From the NCBI GenBank assembly GCA_031255175.1, contig JAIRTA010000091.1:1-47024 (forward strand): DNA of 47,024 nucleotides. Direction: 5' to 3'. Below, one piece after another: positions 7,527 to 16,622 of the stretch. The DNA comes from Oscillospiraceae bacterium. GTDB lineage: Bacteria; Bacillota; Clostridia; Oscillospirales; UBA929. Made by a program: the position numbers and the translations under genes. Position 1 is the first letter of the stretch; every line of letters starts with the position of its first letter. The notes below the pieces were generated by a model, which saw only the letters and a program-made list of their open reading frames with translations, was not told where the DNA came from and searched no databases.

Positions 7527-7616
7527 TGTGAAAAACAATTTTCACATTCTTGTTTCTTATTGTCGCTTCGCGGCAATAAGAAACAAGAATTGGGTTGCGG
7601 GTTGCGGATGCAACCC
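7527..7616. other. Three consecutive hairpins in the rsmB-rlmN intergenic region
   Basis: (1) TGTGAAAA-ACAA-TTTTCACA at 7527-7546. (2) A 20-bp near-perfect inverted repeat TTCTTGTTTCTTATTGTCGC-TTC-GCGGCAATAAGAAACAAGAA at 7547-7589, with one T/G wobble. (3) GGGTTGC-GGAT-GCAACCC at 7599-7616. Confidence 0.85.
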
Positions 7617-7687
7617 ACGTTAGATATATGATGAAATGTTATAAAAATAAAATATTGACTGTAAAAAATTACCATATTCGAACGCTT

Positions 7688-9031
7688 TCAAATTTTTTCG
7701 CGGTCTTCGCCGCCCGTGCGCCCAAACAGCGCGATAAAAAACCCGTCCGTCTCCGCACGGTGCGGCCACAGCGTGACGCGCCCCTTCGTGCCTCCGACGG
7801 GCGGCGGCAGCGCAAAGGGCTCCGGCGCGAAGGCGGGATGGTCCCGCAAAAAATCGTCCGCCACCGCCTCGTTCTCCTCCGTCCGCAGCGTACATGTGAC
7901 ATATAAGAGCCGCCCGCCCGGCCGCACATAGCGCGCGAGGTTGTAGAGCAGCCTGCGCTGCACGGCGGGCAACCCCGCCACATCCCCGGCGTCTCTGTCG
8001 CGGATATCCGGTTTTTTGCGCACAACGCCCAAACCGGAACAGGGCAGGTCGGCGATCACCAGATCGGCACTCCCCTCCCATGACGGGTCGAACACGCCCG
8101 CGTCTTTGATGCACGGCGCCACGGCGGAGAGGCCCAGCCGCGCCGCGCCCTTCTCCAGCAGCGTCTTCTTGTGCCTGTGTATGTCGCAGGCCAAGACGCG
8201 CCCGCGGTTTTGCATCTCCAGGGCCGCGAGAAAACTCTTGCCGCCCGGCGCGGCGCAGCCGTCGATCACCGTCTCACCGGGGCGCGGACGCGCCGCCGAT
8301 ACGGCCAGCCGGGCGGCCGGGTCGGCCACCAAAAACCACCCTGCCCGGTATGTCTCCAGCGCCTCGATATCCCCGGTGTGGCTGAGCGCCAGGCAGCCGG
8401 GCACAAAAGGGTGCGGCGCCGACGCCACCCCCTCCGCGGCGAGGCGCTCCGTCAGTTCTTCCACGCGGCCGCACAGGGGATTTGCCTGCACCCAGACGGG
8501 AGGAGCCCCGTTGTCCGCGCGCAGCAACGCCTCGCACTCGTCCGGCCCCAACCGGTCCAGATACAGCGCCACCTGCCACGCGGGCCGGCTGTAAAGCACC
8601 GAGAGACGCTCGACGTCCGTGCCGCCGGGCTGCGGCAGCGGCTCACGCAGCAGCGCGCGGAGCACCGCGTTGACATAGCCGGCCGCCCTGTCTCCGGACA
8701 GCGCGCGCGCCATATCCACACAGGCCGAGACGCCCGCGTAGTCCGGAACCTTGTCTAAAAACACAAGCTGGTACGCGCCGAGGCGCAGGATGTCCAAGAT
8801 CCCCGCCTCCAGCCGGGTAAGCGGCAGGCGCGAACGGGCCGCCAGGTAAAAATCCAGCAATTTTTCGTTTTGCAAAACGCCGTAACTCAGCCGCGTGCAC
8901 AGCGCCGCGTCGCGGGCGGAAAACTGTCCGCGTCTCAGCTCTTCCTTCAGCGCCCGGTCCGGCCACCCGCCGTGTCGCCGCGCCGCCAGAACCCGCAGCG
9001 CGCCGGCGCGCGCCGGCGTCGCGTCCGACAT
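7688..9031 (-). CDS. rsmB: 16S rRNA cytosine-C5 methyltransferase
   Basis: 447 aa with a NusB-like N-terminal domain, then the SAM-MTase motifs CAAPGGKS and DLPCSGLGV. Confidence 0.9.
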   Translation of the reverse strand: MSDATPARAGALRVLAARRHGGWPDRALKEELRRGQFSARDAALCTRLSYGVLQNEKLLDFYLAARSRLPLTRLEAGILDILRLGAYQLVFLDKVPDYAGVSACVDMARALSGDRAAGYVNAVLRALLREPLPQPGGTDVERLSVLYSRPAWQVALYLDRLGPDECEALLRADNGAPPVWVQANPLCGRVEELTERLAAEGVASAPHPFVPGCLALSHTGDIEALETYRAGWFLVADPAARLAVSAARPRPGETVIDGCAAPGGKSFLAALEMQNRGRVLACDIHRHKKTLLEKGAARLGLSAVAPCIKDAGVFDPSWEGSADLVIADLPCSGLGVVRKKPDIRDRDAGDVAGLPAVQRRLLYNLARYVRPGGRLLYVTCTLRTEENEAVADDFLRDHPAFAPEPFALPPPVGGTKGRVTLWPHRAETDGFFIALFGRTGGEDREKI

Positions 9032-9708
9032 CAGCGCCGGCGGCCGCCGCGCTGCCCGCCAAAGAGCAGCAGCAACCGCAAAAATTGCGCCAGCGAGACG
9101 GCCAGGGCCGCCACATAGGTGAGCGCCGCCGCCGACAGCACCCGGCGGGCCTGCGGGAGCTCCGTCTCGTCGAGCAGGCGGTACTCTTCGAGCGCCGCCA
9201 ACGCGCGGCGGGACGCGTTGAACTCGACCGGCAGCGTGACAAGCTGAAAGAGAACCGCCAACCCAAAGAAAAGGATCCCGAGTTGGATCAGCCGCCCGTA
9301 GGAGAGGAAAAATCCCAGCAAAATCAGCGGCATCGCCAGCGTCGAACCCACCCGGGTGACGGGGATGATCGCCTGGCGGATGCGGATGGGCACGTACCCG
9401 TCTCCGTATTGCACGGCGTGCCCCGCCTCATGCGCGGCTATGCCGACGGCGGCCACGCTGTCCGCCCCGTACACCGACTCCGACAGGCGGATCACGCCGT
9501 TTTTCGGGTCGTAATGGTCGGAGAGCTGCCCCGCCACCGTTTCGACGCGGACGTCAATGATGTCGTGGGCGCGCAAGATGGCCTGGGCGGCCTGCGCGCC
9601 GGTCACCGCGCGCCGCGTGCGCACCTGCGCGTATTTGTGAAACGAACGGTGCACCAGCATCTGCGCCAGCAGCGCCAGCAACGCCGCCGGCAGCACCAAA
9701 ATCAACAT
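9031..9708 (-). CDS. Membrane zinc metallopeptidase (HExxH)
   Basis: HEAGHAVQ motif, TM segments at both ends. Start set to the ATG at 9708, 9 nt after GGGGAGG (the track ATG at 9726 lacks an RBS). Its TGA shares one base with the rsmB ATG. Confidence 0.75.
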   Translation of the reverse strand: MLILVLPAALLALLAQMLVHRSFHKYAQVRTRRAVTGAQAAQAILRAHDIIDVRVETVAGQLSDHYDPKNGVIRLSESVYGADSVAAVGIAAHEAGHAVQYGDGYVPIRIRQAIIPVTRVGSTLAMPLILLGFFLSYGRLIQLGILFFGLAVLFQLVTLPVEFNASRRALAALEEYRLLDETELPQARRVLSAAALTYVAALAVSLAQFLRLLLLFGGQRGGRRR

Positions 9709-9742
9709 ATGTGACAACCTCCCCATTCAAACGCCGCGGTTT

Positions 9743-10684
9743 TTATGGTTTTCCCTCTTCGCCGCCGCGCAAAGACGGCGGAACCGCGTGACCGCGGGCG
9801 TAGTCCGCCGCGGCCATGCGCCGGCTTCCCCCGGCTTGCAGCTCCGTGACGAGTACCGTGTATCCGTCCCCGCAGAGGACCTCCAGCCCCGCCGGGCCGA
9901 CGCCGACCACGTCGCCGGGCGCGCCGTCGCCCCGGCGGCCGGTCTCCCGGGCGGCGTAGATCTTCCATGCCTCCCGGCCGGCGCGGGCCAGCGGCCAGGG
10001 CTGCATTCCGCGCACCAGACAGCAGACCTGACGGGCCCCGGCCCGCCAGTCGATCCGCCCGTCCTCGCGGCGCAGAAGGGGCGCGAAAGAGGCCCCGGCA
10101 TCGTCTTGCGGCGTGCGCGGCGCCGCCCCCTCCGCGAGAGAGCGCACGGTTCTCGCCAGCAGCGACGCCCCCAAAAGCATCAGCCGTTCCTGCAGCGCGG
10201 CGGCCGTCTCGTCCGGCCCGATGGAGACGGACTCGGCGTAGATGATATCCCCGCTGTCGAGCGACGGGGCCATATGCATCGTGGTCACGCCGGTCTCGGT
10301 CTCTCCGTTGACCACCGCCCACTGGATGGGCGCGGCGCCCCGATATTTGGGCAGCAGAGACGCGTGCAGATTGACACAGCCCACCGGGGGGATCTCGAGC
10401 ACCGACCGCGGCAGGATCCGCCCGTAGGCGACCACCGCGATCAGATCCGGCGCCAGTGCGCGCAGTGTCTCCGCCGCCGCGCCGTCCCGGAACGTTTCGG
10501 GCTGAAAGACCGGTATGCCGTGGGCCGCCGCCAGCTCCTTGACAGGGGAAAACGTGACGGCGTGCCCGCGCCCGCGGGGCCTGTCCGGCTGGGTGAACAC
10601 GCCCGCCACCCGGTGCCCGTCCGCCAGCAGTGCCCGCAGCGACGGCACGGCGAAATCCGGGGTCCCCATAAAGACAAGCCTCAT
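9743..10684 (-). CDS. fmt: Methionyl-tRNA formyltransferase
   Basis: MRLVFMGTPDFAVPSL..., HASLLPKYRGAAPIQWA. ATGA overlap with the def stop. Confidence 0.92.
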   Translation of the reverse strand: MRLVFMGTPDFAVPSLRALLADGHRVAGVFTQPDRPRGRGHAVTFSPVKELAAAHGIPVFQPETFRDGAAAETLRALAPDLIAVVAYGRILPRSVLEIPPVGCVNLHASLLPKYRGAAPIQWAVVNGETETGVTTMHMAPSLDSGDIIYAESVSIGPDETAAALQERLMLLGASLLARTVRSLAEGAAPRTPQDDAGASFAPLLRREDGRIDWRAGARQVCCLVRGMQPWPLARAGREAWKIYAARETGRRGDGAPGDVVGVGPAGLEVLCGDGYTVLVTELQAGGSRRMAAADYARGHAVPPSLRGGEEGKP

Positions 10685-11175
10685 ACCGGCGCGCCCCCGT
10701 CCTCCGACGCCGGCGGCTCCTCCCGGTCTAAATATTCGGTGGCGAGCTCCGTAAACAGCCGCCCGTTCAGGTGGTCGATCTCATGACAAAACGCCCGCGC
10801 CAGCATGTCCTCCCCCGTCACCGTGACCGGCTGCCCGTGGCGGTCCTGCGCCCGCACGGTCACGCGCATCGGGCGCTTTACGATCCCGTAGAGGCCGGGT
10901 ATGCTGAGGCAGCCCTCGGGCCCGTCCTGTTCCCCCTCTTCCCGGACGATCTCGGGGTTCACGAGCTCAATGGGCGCGCCCTCCTCCACTTCGATCACCA
11001 CCGCGCGGCGCAACACCCCGATCTGAGGCGCCGCCAAGCCGGCCCCGCGGGCATCGCGCAGGGTCTCCATCATATCGTCCAGCAGCGTGTGCAGGCGTTT
11101 GTCAAACCGTGTGACGGGGCGGGACGTCTTTTGCAGCGTCTCGTCCCCATGCATCAAAATTTGCCGCAGAGCCAT
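10681..11175 (-). CDS. def: Peptide deformylase
   Basis: 164 aa with GLAAPQIG, EGCLS and HEIDHL motifs. ATG at 11175 follows GAGGAGG. The longer track ORF (to 11484) is an Arg/Gly-rich extension overlapping priA. Confidence 0.9.
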   Translation of the reverse strand: MALRQILMHGDETLQKTSRPVTRFDKRLHTLLDDMMETLRDARGAGLAAPQIGVLRRAVVIEVEEGAPIELVNPEIVREEGEQDGPEGCLSIPGLYGIVKRPMRVTVRAQDRHGQPVTVTGEDMLARAFCHEIDHLNGRLFTELATEYLDREEPPASEDGGAPV

Positions 11176-11192
11176 ACGGCGCACCTCCTCGT

Positions 11193-13664
11193 TCAAAAGG
11201 CGTTCAAATCGGCGTAGAGATGGACGCCGCGGTTCCGGCCGTCCTCCTTGAACGCCGTGAGCAGCCCGCCCACATAGCCGCGGACCGCCTTGTCGTAACG
11301 GCCGGTCATCGTCATGTGGTAGCGGTAACGGTTGTTCACCTTCCAAGTGGGCGCGGGCGCGGGGCCCAGAACCTGCGCAAACAGGCGCCGCCCGGTTTGT
11401 TCCACCGTCCGGCGCAGCCGCAAACAGGCGTGCCGCACCCGTTCCGGGTCCGTCCCCGAAAATACCAGTGTTACGATGTCGCAAAACGGCGGAAGACCGG
11501 CCGCCTGCCGCAGGGCGATCTCATCGCGGTAAAACGCCTCGTAATCCTGCGCGGCGGCGGCCGCAAGCACCGGATGGTCCGGCGTGAAGGTTTGGATCAC
11601 CGCGCGCCCCGGTTTCTCGCCGCGGCCGGCACGGCCCACCACCTGCGTGATCAGCGAAAACGCCCGCTCGTGGGCGCGGAAATCCCCGGTGTGGAGCGCC
11701 ATATCGGCGTCCAGCACACCGACCAGGGTGACGTTTTCAAAGTCCAGCCCCTTTGTCACCATCTGCGTCCCGATAAGCAGCGGCACGCGGCCCTCGCGAA
11801 AGCGCGCCAGCAATTTCGCGTGCGCGCCCTGCCCGGCGGTGGTGTCGGCGTCCATCCGCAGCGTCTCCGCGCCGGGGAAGAGGGCGCGCAGTTCCTCCTC
11901 CACCTTTTGCGTGCCGGCCCCCACGGGCCGGAGCGCGCCGGCGCAGTCGGGGCACGCGTCGGGCCGTTTTTCCGAATGTCCGCAGCGGTGGCACATCAGC
12001 CGGTCGTTGGCGGCGTGATAGGTCAGCGTGACGCTGCACCGCGGGCAGTCGCGCGCGCCCCCGCAGCTCTCGCAGAGCAAAAACCGGTTGTAACCCCGCC
12101 GGTTGAGAAAGAGAATGCTCTGCTGCCCGGACGCGAGATTTTTTTCGATCTCCGCGCACAGCACGGCGCTGAGAGCGCCGGCGTTGCCCTCCCGGAGTTC
12201 CCGGCGCAGATCGGCCATCAGCACCCGCGGCAGCGCGCGCGCGTTGTAGCGCACCGGCAGCTCCAGCGACACATACCGCCCGCCGCGGGCAAAGAAGGTA
12301 CTCTCCACAGACGGGGTGGCGCTGCCGAGCAGCAGCAGACCGCCGGACCGGGCACACCGGTACTTGGCGACATCGCGCGCGTGGTAGCGCGGCGCATTTT
12401 CAGACTTGTAGCTGTGTTCCTGCTCCTCGTCCATGACAATGAGCTTCAGGCGCGTCAGCGGGGCGAAGACCGCCGAACGGGTGCCGAGCACCACATCGAC
12501 GCCGCCCGCGCGGATGCGCTTCCACTCGTCATACCGCTCGCCCAGCGAGAGCCCGCTGTGCAACAGGGCCACGCGGTCGCCGAACGCGCGGGAAAATATC
12601 TCCATAAGCTGGGGCGTCAGCACGATCTCCGGCACCATGACGATGGATTGCCCGCCCTGTTTGCCTATATGCCGGATCAGTTCAAGATAGACCGACGTCT
12701 TTCCGCTGCCCGTCACGCCAAAGAGCAGCGCGCAGGCGGGCCGGCCGGCGTCCGCCAGCCCGGCAAGACGCGTCAGGGCCGCTTGCTGCCCGTCGTTTAA
12801 GACCAAAGGCGCCGCCGGTTCCCGGGAGGCGCCCGCCGGGCGGCGGTATACCTCCCGCTCCTCAAACGCCACGAGACCCCGCCGCGCGAGTTGCGTGAGC
12901 AGGGCGGGCCGGGCGCCCGTCAGGTAGCTGATCTCGTGCGTCGACACCGTCTCCGCCTCGCAGAGCAGCGTGAGCACCGCCGCCTGCATGGGCGCGCGCG
13001 TCGCGCCGGCGGCGGCCAGCGCGCGCGCGTCCTCAGCCGGAACGGCGAGACGGACGCCCCGCACGGTCTTGTCGCCCACACGGCGGCGCGTCACCGTCCG
13101 CCCCTCGGCCAGGCCTTTGCCGGCCAGCGTGCGGAGCGCGTCGCGCAGCGCGGCCGCGCCGCCCAGCAGTTCCTCGGCGTCGCGCAGGGGCAGACGCCCC
13201 TCCGGCGCGCCGTACAGTGCCTCCAGCAGCCGCGCCGCCTTTGGAGACTGGGCCAAAAGCGCCGTCGCCTCCGCCCGGTCAACCCCCGGGGTCAGCGCCA
13301 CCGTCTCAACGAGCGCGTGCCACAGCCCCGCCGGGAGCATGGCGCGCGCGGCCTCGTAGCAGGTGCAGACATAGCGCTCCCGCATCCACAGCGCCAGCCG
13401 CATGGCTTCCTCGTCCAGCACGGGGGCGCGGTCGAGGAGCCCGGCGACGGGTTTTGTCTTCTCCACCCGGCTCTCGCCGGCCAGTTCCCACACAAATCCC
13501 TCGCTGCGCCGGTTGCCCCGCCCAAACGGCACGAGCACCCGGCAGCCCGGCGCGATGTCCGCGCGCATGGCCTCCGGCACGGCGTAGTCATACAGACGGT
13601 CGATGGCAAACACGGCGTCGGCCACAGCTACCCTCGCGTACCGCGCGCCGTCTCCGTCGCTCAT
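11193..13664 (-). CDS. priA: Primosomal protein N' (replication restart helicase)
   Basis: 823 aa with Walker A GVTGSGKT, helicase motif II VMDEEQE, and Cys-rich zinc insert CESCGG..CPRCS...CHRCGH...CPDC. The ATG at 13664 overlaps the rpoZ TGA (ATGA). Confidence 0.9.
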   Translation of the reverse strand: MSDGDGARYARVAVADAVFAIDRLYDYAVPEAMRADIAPGCRVLVPFGRGNRRSEGFVWELAGESRVEKTKPVAGLLDRAPVLDEEAMRLALWMRERYVCTCYEAARAMLPAGLWHALVETVALTPGVDRAEATALLAQSPKAARLLEALYGAPEGRLPLRDAEELLGGAAALRDALRTLAGKGLAEGRTVTRRRVGDKTVRGVRLAVPAEDARALAAAGATRAPMQAAVLTLLCEAETVSTHEISYLTGARPALLTQLARRGLVAFEEREVYRRPAGASREPAAPLVLNDGQQAALTRLAGLADAGRPACALLFGVTGSGKTSVYLELIRHIGKQGGQSIVMVPEIVLTPQLMEIFSRAFGDRVALLHSGLSLGERYDEWKRIRAGGVDVVLGTRSAVFAPLTRLKLIVMDEEQEHSYKSENAPRYHARDVAKYRCARSGGLLLLGSATPSVESTFFARGGRYVSLELPVRYNARALPRVLMADLRRELREGNAGALSAVLCAEIEKNLASGQQSILFLNRRGYNRFLLCESCGGARDCPRCSVTLTYHAANDRLMCHRCGHSEKRPDACPDCAGALRPVGAGTQKVEEELRALFPGAETLRMDADTTAGQGAHAKLLARFREGRVPLLIGTQMVTKGLDFENVTLVGVLDADMALHTGDFRAHERAFSLITQVVGRAGRGEKPGRAVIQTFTPDHPVLAAAAAQDYEAFYRDEIALRQAAGLPPFCDIVTLVFSGTDPERVRHACLRLRRTVEQTGRRLFAQVLGPAPAPTWKVNNRYRYHMTMTGRYDKAVRGYVGGLLTAFKEDGRNRGVHLYADLNAF

Positions 13665-13870
13665 GAAAGGCGGTCGGAATGCAGCGCGCGGGCGGTCAGT
13701 CGCCCTTCGGCGATCTCCTCGATGGCCAATTTGACCGACTTTTCGTTCAGTTGGATCCCCTGCCGCTCGGCCTCCGCGGCGATCTCCCGCGCACGCGCGG
13801 CCGTGACGTTTACAAGCAGATAGCGCGTATCGATCTGACGCATCAGTTGGTTCAGCGACGGTTCCAGCAT
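13661..13870 (-). CDS. rpoZ: DNA-directed RNA polymerase subunit omega
   Basis: 69 aa, MLEPSLNQLMRQIDTRYLLVNVTAARAREI... resembles Firmicute omega. ATG at 13870 follows GGGAGG. Syntenic between gmk and priA. Confidence 0.8.
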   Translation of the reverse strand: MLEPSLNQLMRQIDTRYLLVNVTAARAREIAAEAERQGIQLNEKSVKLAIEEIAEGRLTARALHSDRLS

Positions 13871-13996
13871 CCGTGATACCTCCCATTTTCCCAAGATAAA
13901 CTGCGTCCATAAGCGAGATTTCCGTTTTTTATTGCCGTTTCGCGGCGGCAAAGTGCCAAGATGAGCTGCGCTTGCAACCCAAACCGCGGACACCCG

Positions 13997-14620
13997 TCAC
14001 GGCGTCCGCACGCCGGACCAGAGAAGCTGCCGCGCCACACGGCAGCGCTCGGCGCGGATGACGGCCTCAATCTGCTGGGCCGCCTTCTCCACGGAATCGT
14101 TGAAGACCACATAGTCGTAATCGCCGATGTAGTTGAATTCCTCGTGGGCAATGGCGAGACGCCGCACGATCTTCTCCTCCGGCTCGCTCTGCCGGCCACG
14201 CAAGCGTTTTTCCAATTCTTCCCATGACGGCGGCATCAAGAACACCAGCACGGCGTCCGGCCGGCGGCTCTTCACCTGCATGGCGCCGCGGACCTCGATG
14301 TCGAGCAGCGCGCACCCGCCCTCCGCCAGGTATTGTTCCACCGGGGCGCGCGGCGTCCCGTAGCAATGCCCCGCGTACTCGGCGTACTCGAGGAACCCGT
14401 CGCGCTCAATGAGCGTCTCAAAGTCCGCCCGCGACACAAAGTGGTAGTGTACGCCGTCTTTCTCGCCCGCGCGCGGGGCGCGCGTCGTCGAGGACACGGA
14501 GAAAAACAGGGGTTTTTCGAAGCGCTTCTCCGCGCTGAGCAGTTCCCGGATTACGGTGGACTTGCCCGCACCCGAGGGGCCCGAGATGACGATCAGGACG
14601 CCCGCGCCGTCACGCATCAT
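13997..14620 (-). CDS. gmk: Guanylate kinase
   Basis: 207 aa with P-loop [12 protein letters not shown] and a typical GMP-binding region ([12 protein letters not shown]). Confidence 0.92.
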   Translation of the reverse strand: MMRDGAGVLIVISGPSGAGKSTVIRELLSAEKRFEKPLFFSVSSTTRAPRAGEKDGVHYHFVSRADFETLIERDGFLEYAEYAGHCYGTPRAPVEQYLAEGGCALLDIEVRGAMQVKSRRPDAVLVFLMPPSWEELEKRLRGRQSEPEEKIVRRLAIAHEEFNYIGDYDYVVFNDSVEKAAQQIEAVIRAERCRVARQLLWSGVRTP

Positions 14621-14888
14621 CGGCCACGTCTTCCGTCATGCCGTCTTCTTCCTCCCGCACGTCCAGCCGGTGCGCGACCGTCTCGGGCTGGATGGCCGAC
14701 AGGATGATGTGGCCGCTGTCGGCCACCAGCACCGCGCGCGTGCGGCGCCCGTAGGTGGCGTCGATCAGAAGCCCCTGGTCGCGCGCCTCCTGGATGATCC
14801 TCTTGACGGGTGCGGACTCCGGACTCACAATGGCAATCAACCGCCCGGCCGACACCATGTTGCCAAAGCCTATGTTGATCAGTTTCAT
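14610..14888 (-). CDS. remA: RemA/YlzA (DUF370) regulator
   Basis: 92 aa, [39 protein letters not shown]... is the highly conserved RemA sequence. ATG at 14888 follows GGGGAGAG. 11-nt overlap with gmk. Confidence 0.88.
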   Translation of the reverse strand: MKLINIGFGNMVSAGRLIAIVSPESAPVKRIIQEARDQGLLIDATYGRRTRAVLVADSGHIILSAIQPETVAHRLDVREEEDGMTEDVADDA

Positions 14889-15013
14889 ACCGTCTCTCCC
14901 CGCGCCGCGGCACGCCCCTGCCGGAGGGTGCGCCGGGCGCAAACACAAGTTTCGCGGCTCTGTGCCGCCCCGGCCCGCGCGGACCGGGGCGTACGGCGAA
15001 CCTCAACCCGCGG

Positions 15014-15892
15014 CTACTCGATGTTTTGCGCCTGTTCCCGGATTTTTTCGATCTCCGATTTCAGATCTACCACCAGCCGCGCGATCTCGGCGTCGTTTCC
15101 CTTTGACCCGATGGTGTTGGCCTCCCGGTTGAATTCTTGAATCAAAAAGTCCAGCTTGCGGCCGACCCCGCCGCCCGCGCGAAGCAGCGCGCGCGCCTGG
15201 TCGATGTGGCTGTGCAGGCGCACGGTCTCCTCGTCCACCGCCACCCGGTCGGCGTACAGCGCGGCCTCGGCCAAGATGCGGTTTTCGTCAACCCCGACGC
15301 CGTGCAGCACCTCCTGCATACGGGCTTCCAGGCGGGCGCGGTATTCGGCCAGCAACCGGGGCGCGCGGGCCTCGATCTTCGCGGTCAGCGCCTCAACGGC
15401 GTCGAGCCGGGCCAGCATGTCCTCCGCCAGCCGCGCGCCTTCGCGCGCACGCATCTCCAAAAACACCGTAAGCGCCTCGTCCGTCGCCGCCGTCACGTCC
15501 GCCAGTAGGGCCTCGGCGTCGACCTCGGCCCGGCGCACGCTGAACACCTCCGGCAGACGCGCCAGGGAGACGACGGAGAGATCCTCCCGCAGGCCGTACC
15601 GGTCTGCCATACCGTGCAGAGCGGACAGATACCCCTCTAAGACAGGGGTATTCAGGGCGATGTCCGGGGCCTCCGAGTCGGTGAAATCCAGCACAACGTA
15701 CACGTCCACCTTGCCGCGGCTCACCGCCTTTTGCACCCGGGCGCGAACCGCCTCCTCGAGATAGGTGAACAGGCGCGGCGCCCGCACGGAGCAGTCGTAA
15801 TAGCGGTGGTTGACGGAACGGATCTCGATCGTGACTGTTCTCTGCGCGCCGACGCGTTCCGCGCGGCCGTACCCTGTCATGCTGGCGACCAT
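15014..15892 (-). CDS. YicC/YloC-family stress-induced protein
   Basis: 292 aa with N-terminal MVASMTGYGRAE and C-terminal EFNREANTIGSK...EKIREQAQNIE signatures. ATG at 15892 is 7 nt after GGGGAGG. Confidence 0.85.
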   Translation of the reverse strand: MVASMTGYGRAERVGAQRTVTIEIRSVNHRYYDCSVRAPRLFTYLEEAVRARVQKAVSRGKVDVYVVLDFTDSEAPDIALNTPVLEGYLSALHGMADRYGLREDLSVVSLARLPEVFSVRRAEVDAEALLADVTAATDEALTVFLEMRAREGARLAEDMLARLDAVEALTAKIEARAPRLLAEYRARLEARMQEVLHGVGVDENRILAEAALYADRVAVDEETVRLHSHIDQARALLRAGGGVGRKLDFLIQEFNREANTIGSKGNDAEIARLVVDLKSEIEKIREQAQNIE

Positions 15893-15925
15893 GATCAAGC
15901 CTCCCCGTTTTGACCAATGTGATTC

Positions 15926-15954
15926 ATTTTACACGTTTTCAGGCGTTTTGTCAA
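15926..15954 (-). promoter_or_regulatory. Sigma-A-type promoter of the yicC-remA-gmk block
   Basis: Minus strand: TTGACA (15954-15949), 17 nt, TAAAAT (15931-15926). Confidence 0.6.
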
Positions 15955-15981
15955 TTTTTCGCCGCCCCCGGGCCGGGCGTC

Positions 15982-16497
15982 TCACCGCAGCCGCGCCAAT
16001 CTGTCCGCCACGAAGGCAAACAGACGGGAGAGGCCAATATCGTAACACACAAACACGGCGTCGAGCCCCAACCACACAAACGGCCAAACGGGCCGGGCCG
16101 TCAGGTCGGCGCCCGGCCCCAACACCGCCGGCAGCAGGAAAACAAAACCCGCCAGCACGGCGTTAAAAAAGAGCAGCTTCAGCAGCCACTCGACCGCCCG
16201 GCTTCGCTGCCGCTCGCAAAAACTCTTGACAAGCGGATACGGCCCGAAGGCCGCGAGATACAAAATCGCCACACTCCGCAGGGGCAGCAGAAGCAGTCCC
16301 GTCAGCCCGGCCGCAACCCACACGCCGGCGCCGGACGCCGGCCCGTGCCGCATCACGGCCACGGCCACGGGGACGCCGGCCAGCGCGCAAAACCCGAGGC
16401 GTCCGGTCGGCCAGAGGGCCGCCGCCGCCAGCAAGACAATCGACAGCGCCGCCAGCAGCGCGCAAAACACCAGCCGTTTGGTATTGAGATGTGTCAT
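15982..16497 (-). CDS. Hypothetical polytopic membrane protein
   Basis: 171 aa from MTHLNTKRLVFCALLAALSIVLLAAAAL..., with 5-6 hydrophobic segments. I cannot assign a family. The start is uncertain (the track start at 16545 lies inside a hairpin arm). Confidence 0.5.
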   Translation of the reverse strand: MTHLNTKRLVFCALLAALSIVLLAAAALWPTGRLGFCALAGVPVAVAVMRHGPASGAGVWVAAGLTGLLLLPLRSVAILYLAAFGPYPLVKSFCERQRSRAVEWLLKLLFFNAVLAGFVFLLPAVLGPGADLTARPVWPFVWLGLDAVFVCYDIGLSRLFAFVADRLARLR

Positions 16498-16622
16498 GCT
16501 CTTCCCGGTATCCTCCTCACATCCGTCCCGCATCATATACAACATATAGTATGTGCACCACTATATGTTGTATGTATGCCGCTATATATTGTATAGCGCG
16601 TTTTCGCGCCGAGCGCCGGCGG

